A stretch of DNA of 49,792 nucleotides from Cyanophyceae cyanobacterium (lineage in GTDB: Bacteria > Cyanobacteriota > Cyanobacteriia > Cyanobacteriales > JBHJGN01), in contig JBHJGN010000003.1 in the NCBI GenBank assembly GCA_050331735.1, positions 1 through 49,792 on the forward strand, read 5' to 3'. A model generated the notes under the pieces. It saw only the letters and a list, made by a program, of their open reading frames with translations, did not search any database and was not told where the DNA came from. Position numbers and translations under genes: made by a program. Below, one piece after another: positions 30,386-39,003 of the stretch; position 1 is the first letter of the stretch, and each line of letters begins with the position of its first letter.

Positions 30386-32203
30386 ATGAATAGCCAGCAG
30401 TCCACTTCCAGTGGAGGGAACATTTTAGTCGTAGACGATACACCAGCCAACCTCCGTTTTCTATCAACAACTCTTCCTGAGCAAGGATACAAGGTGCGAA
30501 GCGTTCTCAGCGGACAGATGGCGTTAACCGTTGCCAAATCAGCGCCTCCTGACCTGATTTTGCTCGATATCAAAATGCCAGAAATGGACGGATACGAAGT
30601 TTGCCAGCGCCTCAAAGCAGACCCGCAAACTCGCGATATTCCGGTGATCTTCTTAAGTGCTTTGAGTGATGTTGTAGATAAAGTGAGAGCTTTTGCCGTC
30701 GGAGGAGTCGATTTTATTTCTAAACCCTTTGAGATCGAAGAAGTTTTCATTCGCGTCGAGAATCAACTCAAGCTGCGAGCCGCGCAGCAGCAAGTAGAAA
30801 CCCTCAACGCAGAACTAGAGCAGCGAGTCATTCAGCGCACAGCTCAGCTAGAGCGAGAGAGCGCTGAACGACAAAAAGCGCAAGAACAGCTTCTTTACCT
30901 GGCGCTCCACGACAGCCTGACCGACTTACCGAATCGCGCTTGGCTCTCGAATCGTCTCGATCAGGTTCTAAACCGCGTTCAGCAACAGCCCGACTATCAA
31001 TTTACCGCGTTGTTAATCGACTGCGATAACTTCAAGGCGGTCAACAATTCTTTAGGCTATATAGCTGGAGATAATCTCCTCGCTGCGGTTGCTCGCCGTC
31101 TAGAAACCTGTTTGCAGCCGATTGCTACCATTGCCCGGATTGGGAGCGATGAGTTTGCCGTTCTGCTGGAGACAACAGAGTTGCAAGATGCTATCCAGCT
31201 TGCCGAGCGCCTTCAGTCAGAAATGAGCTTACCCGTTCAGCTTGGCGATTATGAAGTCTTTGTCAGTCTCCGGATCGGTATTGTGGTTGGCTCGCAGGCT
31301 TACGAACGTTCCGAACATCTGCTGCGAGATGCAGAGGTAGCGTTGTCCCAGGCCAGAACCGAGGAAAATTCTTTTTATCAAGTTTTTGATCCTAGTATGT
31401 ACCTGCGAGCCTCTAACTTCCTGCGGTTACAGACAGACCTCAATTTGGCAATTCAGCGGCAAGAGTTTCAGGTTTACTATCAGCCAATTGTGTCGCTAAC
31501 CAGTGGCAAAATTGTCGGGGTAGAAGCCCTAGTGCGTTGGCTAAATCCAAGCCGAGGCCTAGTTGCCCCCGCCGAGTTTATTCCGGTAGCCGAGGAAACG
31601 GGATTAATTATTGCTATCGACCGCTGGGTACTCCGCCATGCCTGTCTGCAGCTTAAAGAGTGGCAAACTCGCTCTCTCGTCTCTAGCTCGTTTAAGGTGA
31701 ACGTGAATTTTGCGGCGAAACATTTTTCTCAAGTAAACTTTGTAGAAATTATGGACCGCACTCTGCAAGAAACTGGGGTAGAGGGGCGAAATTTAAAAAT
31801 TGAAATTACTGAAAGTACTCTGCTCAATAGAAAGACGCTCGTCGTCAATATTCTCGAACAGCTCGAAGCTCTTCGCATTGAAGTCAGCATCGATGACTTT
31901 GGCACCGGGTATTCTTGCTTGGGGTATTTAGATGGTTTGGCCGTCAGAACTTTAAAAATCGACCGCTGTTTCATCAATCGCATTTCCGAAGCCAACGAAA
32001 GAGCCAATTTAGAAATTCTCCGGGCGATCGCCACCCTCGCCCATAATCTTGGCAAATCAGTCACAGCCGAAGGCGTAGAAACCCAGCAGCAGCTCAACCA
32101 TCTCAAAGCTTTAAACTGTGAGTTTGCCCAAGGATATCTGTTTTCTCCCCCCCTCGATGCTCAAGCAGTAGAGGAGTTGTTAGCAACAGAGCCACAGTAT
32201 TGA
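30386..32203 (+). CDS. REC-GGDEF(degenerate)-EAL response regulator, likely c-di-GMP phosphodiesterase
   Basis: VVDD...LLDIKMP; IGSDEF in place of GGDEF; intact EALVRW, EITES and DDFGTGYS. Confidence 0.93.
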   Translation: MNSQQSTSSGGNILVVDDTPANLRFLSTTLPEQGYKVRSVLSGQMALTVAKSAPPDLILLDIKMPEMDGYEVCQRLKADPQTRDIPVIFLSALSDVVDKVRAFAVGGVDFISKPFEIEEVFIRVENQLKLRAAQQQVETLNAELEQRVIQRTAQLERESAERQKAQEQLLYLALHDSLTDLPNRAWLSNRLDQVLNRVQQQPDYQFTALLIDCDNFKAVNNSLGYIAGDNLLAAVARRLETCLQPIATIARIGSDEFAVLLETTELQDAIQLAERLQSEMSLPVQLGDYEVFVSLRIGIVVGSQAYERSEHLLRDAEVALSQARTEENSFYQVFDPSMYLRASNFLRLQTDLNLAIQRQEFQVYYQPIVSLTSGKIVGVEALVRWLNPSRGLVAPAEFIPVAEETGLIIAIDRWVLRHACLQLKEWQTRSLVSSSFKVNVNFAAKHFSQVNFVEIMDRTLQETGVEGRNLKIEITESTLLNRKTLVVNILEQLEALRIEVSIDDFGTGYSCLGYLDGLAVRTLKIDRCFINRISEANERANLEILRAIATLAHNLGKSVTAEGVETQQQLNHLKALNCEFAQGYLFSPPLDAQAVEELLATEPQY

Positions 32204-32205
32204 CA

Positions 32206-32359
32206 GGGAAATAGTCGCGTTCGCGACGGGAAAAGGGAAATTTGTCCCTGACGCGACGGGGAAATAGTCGCGTTCGCGACGGGAAAAGAATACAAGACTA
32301 AGAAATAAGCTGATTTATTCTCCCTTTCCCCCTTCCCCTTTTCCCCGCGCCGACGGCGC
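32206..32359 (+). repeat. Modular element, copy G
   Basis: 30 bp direct repeat at 32206-32235 and 32259-32288; core at 32286-32318; ends GCGCC-gac-GGCGC. Confidence 0.9.
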
Positions 32360-32443
32360 TTCTGTAATACGGAGAGACAAAAGTAGGCTGAGAATGCTTT
32401 CGGGGTAAAATTTGTTTCAGCAGCAAGTAATGAGGGAACCAGA

Positions 32444-33379
32444 ATGCGGATTCTGATGATGGGCGGTACTCGATTTATTGGGGTTTATCTAACCAAGGTA
32501 TTAGTAGAGCAGGGGCATGACGTGGTGCTGTTTAACCGGGGTAATCAGCCAGCGCCTGTCACAGGAATACAGCAGATTACCGGCGATCGCAAAGACCCGG
32601 AACAGCTCAAGGAAAAGCTGGCAGGCAAATCCTTTGATGCCGTATTTGATAACAATGGTCGGGAACTCGGGGACACTCAGCCTCTGGCGGAAATTTTCAA
32701 AGAGCAGGTGCAGCACTTTGTTTACGTTAGTTCCGCCGGAGTGTACCTACCCACTGATCAGATGCCCCACCGCGAAGGCGATCCGGTTGATCCTAACAGT
32801 CGCCACAAAGGGAAACATCACACCGAAGCTTACTTTGCCCAAGCTGGCCTCCCCTGGACCTCTGTGCGTCCCACCTATATCTACGGTCCTCAGAACTACA
32901 ATGATTTAGAAGCCTGGTTCTTCGACCGCATCGTGCGCCAGCGACCGATTCCAATTCCGGGCAACGGGTTACATATTACCCAGTTCGGTCACGTTCAGGA
33001 CTTAGCGCGGGCGATGGCGGCGATATTGGGCAACGAGCGAGCCAAGGGCGAGATTTACAATGTATCGGGCGATCGCTACACAACCTTTGACGGCTTAGCC
33101 CGGACCTGCGCTCAAGCAGCAGGGGTCAATGCTGACGACCTGCAACTGGTTCATTACGACCCTAAGCAGTTCGATTTCGGCAAGCGCAAAGCGTTTCCCA
33201 TTCGCGTACAGCACTTTTTCGCCGATGTCCATAAAGCGATCGCTCATCTAGAGTGGCAACCGCAATACGATTTGCTCTCCGGGTTAAAAGACTCGTTCGA
33301 GCAGGATTATTTAGTGTCGGGTCGTCAGAACGAAGACGTGGATTTTTCCCTCGACGACAAAATTTTGGCCGCCTGCTAG
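32444..33379 (+). CDS. NAD-dependent epimerase-fold protein, chloroplast CSP41b-like
   Basis: GGTRFIG, YVSSAGVY, SRHKGK, RPTYIYGP and FDFGKRKAFP motifs. Confidence 0.85.
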   Translation: MRILMMGGTRFIGVYLTKVLVEQGHDVVLFNRGNQPAPVTGIQQITGDRKDPEQLKEKLAGKSFDAVFDNNGRELGDTQPLAEIFKEQVQHFVYVSSAGVYLPTDQMPHREGDPVDPNSRHKGKHHTEAYFAQAGLPWTSVRPTYIYGPQNYNDLEAWFFDRIVRQRPIPIPGNGLHITQFGHVQDLARAMAAILGNERAKGEIYNVSGDRYTTFDGLARTCAQAAGVNADDLQLVHYDPKQFDFGKRKAFPIRVQHFFADVHKAIAHLEWQPQYDLLSGLKDSFEQDYLVSGRQNEDVDFSLDDKILAAC

Positions 33380-33390
33380 GTATCTTATGG

Positions 33391-34290
33391 CTAATTACTA
33401 TCCGCTGACATCTCCTCATCCGCAGGAATAATGTACTGTGACACATCCAGATTGTCTGCTAGAGGCGGCAATTTGCCTAAATTTACTAACGACTGATGAA
33501 CAAGAGCAGAAGCTGTCCCCCGACTGATGGGTTGGTTAGGTTCTAGAACGTTGAGATCTGGATAGTTAACAACAAGGCCTTTTTGAGTCGCGACTGCGAC
33601 GCTGTTGACGGCATCTTCAGGAATTTGGTCTGCGTCTTCGTAGTAAGCCTGCACGATTTCTGCGGCGGAAGGACCGTATTCTGGCTCGCTGGTTGTTGCT
33701 GCCGGAGCGTTAGCAGCCTGGAGAGACGCGGCGCGGATTAAAGGAGCCATCATTGCGGTAGAAGCCAGCGGAAAGACTAACCGATTCTTGGCCACTCGAC
33801 GCTGCCTGGGAGTTGATGTGAGAGCAGGAGTATAGAACTGTTCTAATCCTCTCGTTAGCGCCATCAGAGCCTCTGCTTTAGAAATCGGTTCCTGGGGGCT
33901 AAACAGGTTTTCGCCAGTTTGATTCATAAATCCTGTTTCATAAGCTTCCTCAATGGGAGTTTCTGCCCAGTATCCAGTGGGAACATCCTCAAATACACTT
34001 GCAGAAGAAATAGTTCTTTCTGTCTCTTGACTAAAAGCCTTACGAACGACAGCCGCAAATTCGTCTCTGTCCATAGACTCTTCTGGTCGAAAAGTCCCGT
34101 CAGGATATCCGGTAACAATTTCTTCTTGAGCTAACACCTGAATAAAAGGAGTCGCCCAATAATCGGGGGGAACATCGGGAAAGAATTCCTGTGCTGCACT
34201 GGTATTGAGTAAAGCATCAGCAGCTACGGCACTGCCTATCAATGCCAGCATTGCTGTACTAGCGCATAGATAACGACGCTCAACAGGCAT
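33391..34290 (-). CDS. S-layer homology (SLH) domain protein
   Basis: Signal peptide; FPDVPPDYWA...GYPDGTFRP; FEDVPTGYWA; VNYPD...P...ISRG. Confidence 0.88.
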   Translation of the reverse strand: MPVERRYLCASTAMLALIGSAVAADALLNTSAAQEFFPDVPPDYWATPFIQVLAQEEIVTGYPDGTFRPEESMDRDEFAAVVRKAFSQETERTISSASVFEDVPTGYWAETPIEEAYETGFMNQTGENLFSPQEPISKAEALMALTRGLEQFYTPALTSTPRQRRVAKNRLVFPLASTAMMAPLIRAASLQAANAPAATTSEPEYGPSAAEIVQAYYEDADQIPEDAVNSVAVATQKGLVVNYPDLNVLEPNQPISRGTASALVHQSLVNLGKLPPLADNLDVSQYIIPADEEMSADSN

Positions 34291-34327
34291 GGGTCTTGTC
34301 TCCTTAACGTATTGATTTTGAAACTCA

Positions 34328-34386
34328 CCGCTCGAAGCCAGAAGCCCTGGCTGTTTCCGTAACCGGGGGGCTTCAGCGGCTTTTTT
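34328..34386. terminator. GC-rich stem-loop between the PRC-barrel and SLH genes
   Basis: CCGCT-C-GAAGCC...GGCTTC-AGCGG followed by T6 on the + strand. Confidence 0.45.
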
Positions 34387-34392
34387 GCTTAA

Positions 34393-35340
34393 TTAAATGT
34401 CACGACGTTTTCCCATTGTTGGATTGCCTTCAACATCAACTTCTAGTTCTTCGCGGCGGACTTGTTCGGCTGCTTCCACCGTCTCCTGCTCGACTTGTTT
34501 TTTGACTTCAACTTCTTCTCGTACAAAAGCTTGTTTGCTAACGTCCGCACTTTCTTCATAGACTTCCATGCGGGCCACTTCTCCTTCTCGAAAGTCAGTT
34601 CCGCTTGGAGTGACTGGTGTTCCAGCATTAGAGGGATTTTTGCGTTCAATGACCACTCGTTCTTTGTCAAGAGGTACTGACACTTGCGCTGTTTCAGTAT
34701 CGACTCGTTTGCCAATCGTTACATCCCCGGATTTCCGACGGCTTTTACTAGCGACGAGTTTTTCTTCATAAAGTCTGAGCCGTTGATGGTCTTGCTCGTT
34801 CATCTGGTAAAGAGACGGCTCTCGCTCGTATGTATAAGCTTCTCTTTGGGGCGTAGCCGGGGCTGGCTGACTAGCACGGGGGACTGGACGTTGAGCGGCG
34901 GTTTGAGCTTCTACGGCATCCACGCCAGAGGCTTCGACGGGAGGAGAGGCTTCGACCGGAGCCGATGCTTCGACAGCAGGAGTGCGATAAACGCCTCGGA
35001 CTTGCTCTTCATAGTCGTAGTCAACCGTCATGCTCTCATCGTACTGTGGCAGCCTATCTGCCTGCTCTTTACTAGCTAGTCCAGTGGCATACACTTTTTC
35101 TCGCTCAACATCAACGCGACAGCGACCCACCGGCAGCAGCACTTTTTTGCCAAAGATCCAGATCCCTGTATCAATTACTAAGTATCTAAAGCGGCCAGTT
35201 TCATCAACTAATACATCAGCAATACTGCCAATCTTTTCGTCGGTGTTGCCAGCATAAACGTTCAGGCCTTTAACATCTCCGCCATCAAACGCTTCTTGGC
35301 GATAATTAGGATTAAAATCTTCAATTTTGTACAGAGCCAT
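34393..35340 (-). CDS. PRC-barrel plus DUF2382 (YsnF/AvaK-like) protein
   Basis: KIGSIADVLVD...RYLVIDTG.W..GKKVLLP; RLYEEKL...VSKQAFVREEV. Confidence 0.9.
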   Translation of the reverse strand: MALYKIEDFNPNYRQEAFDGGDVKGLNVYAGNTDEKIGSIADVLVDETGRFRYLVIDTGIWIFGKKVLLPVGRCRVDVEREKVYATGLASKEQADRLPQYDESMTVDYDYEEQVRGVYRTPAVEASAPVEASPPVEASGVDAVEAQTAAQRPVPRASQPAPATPQREAYTYEREPSLYQMNEQDHQRLRLYEEKLVASKSRRKSGDVTIGKRVDTETAQVSVPLDKERVVIERKNPSNAGTPVTPSGTDFREGEVARMEVYEESADVSKQAFVREEVEVKKQVEQETVEAAEQVRREELEVDVEGNPTMGKRRDI

Positions 35341-35764
35341 TGTATTTTTCCTCAGCGATTCTTGGGCAACCTCAAGGTATCGGCTAGCAGTAATTCTGGT
35401 TGTTGCTCTGGGTGAGTAGGGAGCAACTGGAAATAGCTAGCTGGTCAAAGCCTTGAAGTATACTTTATCCTACGTAAGGCGAGGCTTAAAGCCTTCCTTC
35501 TTACGAGTGATTCCTTAATTGTTAAAAAATTAATTTCTCCGTAACAAATAGAAAAAAGCACCTTTTTTAATTTTTGTTAACGTTTCTCTATCAAAAGTGA
35601 GAGTAAAAAAAGAGAAGATACTTAACAAGAATTAATTGAAAAGTTTCAAGCAGCTTTTGGTTATATCTAATGGTAGATTAAGAGGCTACTAACTCTTCGT
35701 ATGATGAGGGAATCCTCAATGAATAAATATTGGGACATTAACAGCAATTAGGGGGGATATAGTA

Positions 35765-36397
35765 ATGGCGTATATGAATCCAGCAGAAGGTCGCTCGACT
35801 GAATCGGCTGTTATTAATCCGGTGGTTGACTACCACGATCGCGTGAGATGGGGGCCGATTTTTGCCGGGATTGTGGTGGCGATCGCCGCTCAGTTAATCC
35901 TCAGTGCGCTTGGTGCTGCTATAGGTTTAAGCGTTGGTGCTGGTGCGGGAACCGACCCGGGCGCGGTTGGTCTTGGTGTGGGGATCTGGTCGGTAATTAG
36001 CTTGCTCATTTCTCTGTTTATCGGCGGCTGGGTCACGGCGAGCAGTTGCGGACCCATGAATAGCAAAACCGCGCTGCTGCACGGACTAATTTTGTGGGCA
36101 ACGACGTTAGCGATCAGCTCTTGGCTACTGGCAAGTGGGGTATCAGGAGCTTTCGGCGTCGTTGCGTCCAATGCAGGTGAAGTACTCAGTCAAGTGCAGC
36201 AACCCGGTGGAGTCAGTGTTCCCGATCAGCCACCAAACGTTAGCGCGGCTCAGGCAAGCAACCTTGCTGGCACATCAGCGAAGGTTGCTTGGTCCTTTAT
36301 TATTGGTTCGTTGCTTGGTCTAGCAGCCGCTCTCGTTGGCACTTCGGTTGGCAAGAGGAAGCCGAGAAGCCATCCCCAGCAGGTCGCTAGAGTGTAA
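35765..36397 (+). CDS. Four-TM membrane protein (hypothetical, stress-associated type)
   Basis: RVRWGPIFAG start, four hydrophobic helices, LHGLILW; G-rich RBS. Confidence 0.8.
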   Translation: MAYMNPAEGRSTESAVINPVVDYHDRVRWGPIFAGIVVAIAAQLILSALGAAIGLSVGAGAGTDPGAVGLGVGIWSVISLLISLFIGGWVTASSCGPMNSKTALLHGLILWATTLAISSWLLASGVSGAFGVVASNAGEVLSQVQQPGGVSVPDQPPNVSAAQASNLAGTSAKVAWSFIIGSLLGLAAALVGTSVGKRKPRSHPQQVARV

Positions 36398-36436
36398 AAG
36401 CTAACAGCTTTTCGCTTCGTTGACATCGGAGCTTCG

Positions 36437-36988
36437 CTAGCGCTCAGCCGTTGTTATCGATGGCGAAGCGCTTTTTTGTGGCCAGATATAGAGTCCGCCA
36501 GAAATTAATGTCAGAATCACCGAGAGCCAAAATACACTCAACGCCACGCGGTTCCACGCAGTTGGGAGAGGCGCGATTAGTAGAGCGATCGCGCCAATTT
36601 GACTAACGGTTTTCAGTTTGCCCCAAATGCTTGCTCCCGAAATGCTGGTGCTGCCGGAAAGCTGAGGATTCACTCGCCAACCAGCGATCGCCAGCTCCCG
36701 AAACAGAATCAAAAAGACTCCCCACGCTGGCACTTCCCCAAGCTCAATCAACGCTAAAAATGGAGCAAACACCAGCAGCTTATCCACCAGCGGATCGAGA
36801 AACTTGCCCAATTCTGTGACCTGATCGAGCTTGCGCGCTAAATAGCCATCTACCCAATCGGTACTCGCCGCCACCAAAAAGATTCCCAAACTAATCCAGC
36901 AACCTTGAGGAGACGGGTTGTGCAGCAAATAGAGCAGGAACGGTAAACCCACAAGCCGAGAAAGCGTAATCCAGGTAGGAAGATTCAT
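36437..36988 (-). CDS. pgsA: CDP-diacylglycerol--glycerol-3-phosphate 3-phosphatidyltransferase
   Basis: MNLPTWIT.SR, DWVDGYLAR, GKFLDPLVDK and GKLKT motifs. Confidence 0.95.
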   Translation of the reverse strand: MNLPTWITLSRLVGLPFLLYLLHNPSPQGCWISLGIFLVAASTDWVDGYLARKLDQVTELGKFLDPLVDKLLVFAPFLALIELGEVPAWGVFLILFRELAIAGWRVNPQLSGSTSISGASIWGKLKTVSQIGAIALLIAPLPTAWNRVALSVFWLSVILTLISGGLYIWPQKSASPSITTAER

Positions 36989-37027
36989 GAACGTTCAGGA
37001 TGTCATTAACTACCAGTTTACTAGGAA

Positions 37028-37140
37028 GCATCTCCAGGCGCGGGAAAGGGGGAACTTGTCCCTCCAGGACGGGCAAAGAACACAAAATTAAGGAACGAAC
37101 TAAATTATTTTCCTTTCCCCTGTTCCCGCGTCAATGGCGC
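37028..37140 (+). repeat. Modular element, copy H (degenerate)
   Basis: GTCCC-tcc-AGGAC hairpin, core at 37076-37108, GCGTC-aat-GGCGC abutting the sugar transferase stop. Confidence 0.8.
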
Positions 37141-37836
37141 TTAATAGGCTCCCTTGCGAGTAATCACGGCAGCAATCGTTTGCAGAATAAGGCTTAAATC
37201 GTAGCGAGGAGACCAGCGATGCTGATAGTCTATGTCCATGCGCACGATGTCTTCAAACTTCTTCACGCTGGAGCGACCTTTGGCTTGCCATTCTCCGGTC
37301 ATGCCGGGTTTCACCCGCAAGCGAAAGCAATGATGATCCTGATACTGCGCCACTTCATCTGGAGTGGGAGGACGAGTGCCGACTAAACTCATCTCCCCTT
37401 TCAGCACGTTCCAAAACTGCGGCAGTTCATCGAGGCTGCTGCGACGGAGAAACCTGCCGACGCGAGTAATGCGCGGATCGTTTTCATTTTTGAAGATGTA
37501 TCCATCCGCCTGATTCGATACTAAATGTTTATACTTCTCTGCGTCAGCGATCATCGAGCGGAATTTCCAGAGGCGAAATCGCTTTCCCTTCAGCCCGCAG
37601 CGGATTTGGCTATAGAAAATCGGTCCGGGGCTATCTAGCTTAAGAGCGATCGCAATTGGCAGCATCACACCCCCCGTGATCGCGATTCCGACTAGGGCTC
37701 CGGCAATATCAATGAGGCGCTTCGTTCTGCTCTGGGCCGAATAGTGTATTTCTAGCTGATTAGCGGCTGAGTGTAGGTTATGATCTTGATGGAGTTTCGC
37801 TGAGAAGCTGTTGAACAGTTTCCGTCGGATAGGCAC
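37141..37836 (-). CDS. Polyprenyl-phosphate sugar phosphotransferase
   Basis: [32 protein letters not shown] and KPGMTG.WQ motifs. Confidence 0.93.
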   Translation of the reverse strand: MPIRRKLFNSFSAKLHQDHNLHSAANQLEIHYSAQSRTKRLIDIAGALVGIAITGGVMLPIAIALKLDSPGPIFYSQIRCGLKGKRFRLWKFRSMIADAEKYKHLVSNQADGYIFKNENDPRITRVGRFLRRSSLDELPQFWNVLKGEMSLVGTRPPTPDEVAQYQDHHCFRLRVKPGMTGEWQAKGRSSVKKFEDIVRMDIDYQHRWSPRYDLSLILQTIAAVITRKGAY

Positions 37837-38151
37837 GGCTTTAAGATAGTGTAACGGCTAGGTCTGTTTTCTTGACCTTGACAGACTATATTTTTTTTCT
37901 TGACCGAAACTGTCTAGAACGCGACACTTCACCTAATCTTCAAATCTACCCCGCCACTTTAAAGTTTTTGCAAAGATTTCGCCAAGAAAACAGAGTCTTC
38001 CTAGCAAACGTGCGCTTCTATGTCCTAACGATTCAGCCCTTTAACCGTTCCGGCAGAATCTGAACCATCGTCTGAGCAATACCGGAGAAACAATCAGGAA
38101 TTTAATTCAAGTGACGCCAGTAACCTTAACAGAGCTCAAGCTGCTTAACCT

Positions 38152-38943
38152 ATGCCTTCTGAGGATCGAGACCCATTAACCAACGATTTATTAGCTGATG
38201 AGACGAATTGGGTAGATTTAGACGATTCAGCATCCGGATTAGAAAAACAGCACCAAGGCACGGATGAAGATTCCTCTCAGCGTTCTCCGCAAAAGACAGC
38301 CGACGTTTCCTCGTCTCCGACGGCAGCAACTCGCACCATCGTCGTTGTGGAAACGGCCTTTCTCGCCAGTGCTGGCAGCCTCATTTGGCTGATCAATTAC
38401 TACTTTCCCCTGGGGCTGATCCTCCGAGTCTTTTTTCCTCTGCCGATTGCGTTAATCTACCTGCGGCGGGGCAGTCGGGCTGCCTGGATGGCTGCGTTAG
38501 TATCAGGACTGCTGCTATCGGTATTGATGGGGCCTACTCGCAGCATTGTCTTTTTAATTCCCTACGGATTGATGGGAGTCCAGTTAGGAGCTCTATGGAG
38601 CCGGAGAGCTAGCTGGATCTTTTCGATTACAATCGGCGCTATTATCGGCACAATCGGCTTCTTCTTCCGCTTCTGGCTATTTTCAATTTTGCTCGGAGAA
38701 GACCTCTGGATTTACGCCATTACGCAGATTACCGAATTAACAGATTGGATTTTTATGAGGCTTGGTTTACTGGCTCAGCCCGGTGTCATGCTGATTCAAC
38801 TCTTGGCTTTACTCACCATTATTGTTCACAACTTTGTTTACCTATTCGCCGTTCATCTGGTCGCTCTACTCATCTTAGATCGACTCGGCAACCCCATTTC
38901 CCGCCCGCCTCAGTGGGTCAGAGTGTTGTTAGATTATGACTAA
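38152..38943 (+). CDS. DUF2232-type membrane protein
   Basis: VETAFLAS, FPLPIAL and MGPTRS patterns; multiple TM helices; acidic N-terminus. Confidence 0.78.
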   Translation: MPSEDRDPLTNDLLADETNWVDLDDSASGLEKQHQGTDEDSSQRSPQKTADVSSSPTAATRTIVVVETAFLASAGSLIWLINYYFPLGLILRVFFPLPIALIYLRRGSRAAWMAALVSGLLLSVLMGPTRSIVFLIPYGLMGVQLGALWSRRASWIFSITIGAIIGTIGFFFRFWLFSILLGEDLWIYAITQITELTDWIFMRLGLLAQPGVMLIQLLALLTIIVHNFVYLFAVHLVALLILDRLGNPISRPPQWVRVLLDYD

Positions 38944-39003
38944 TAGCAGCAATCAGTGAGTAGTGAACAATTGACCCTCAACCATTAACTTTTAACCAGT
39001 AAT

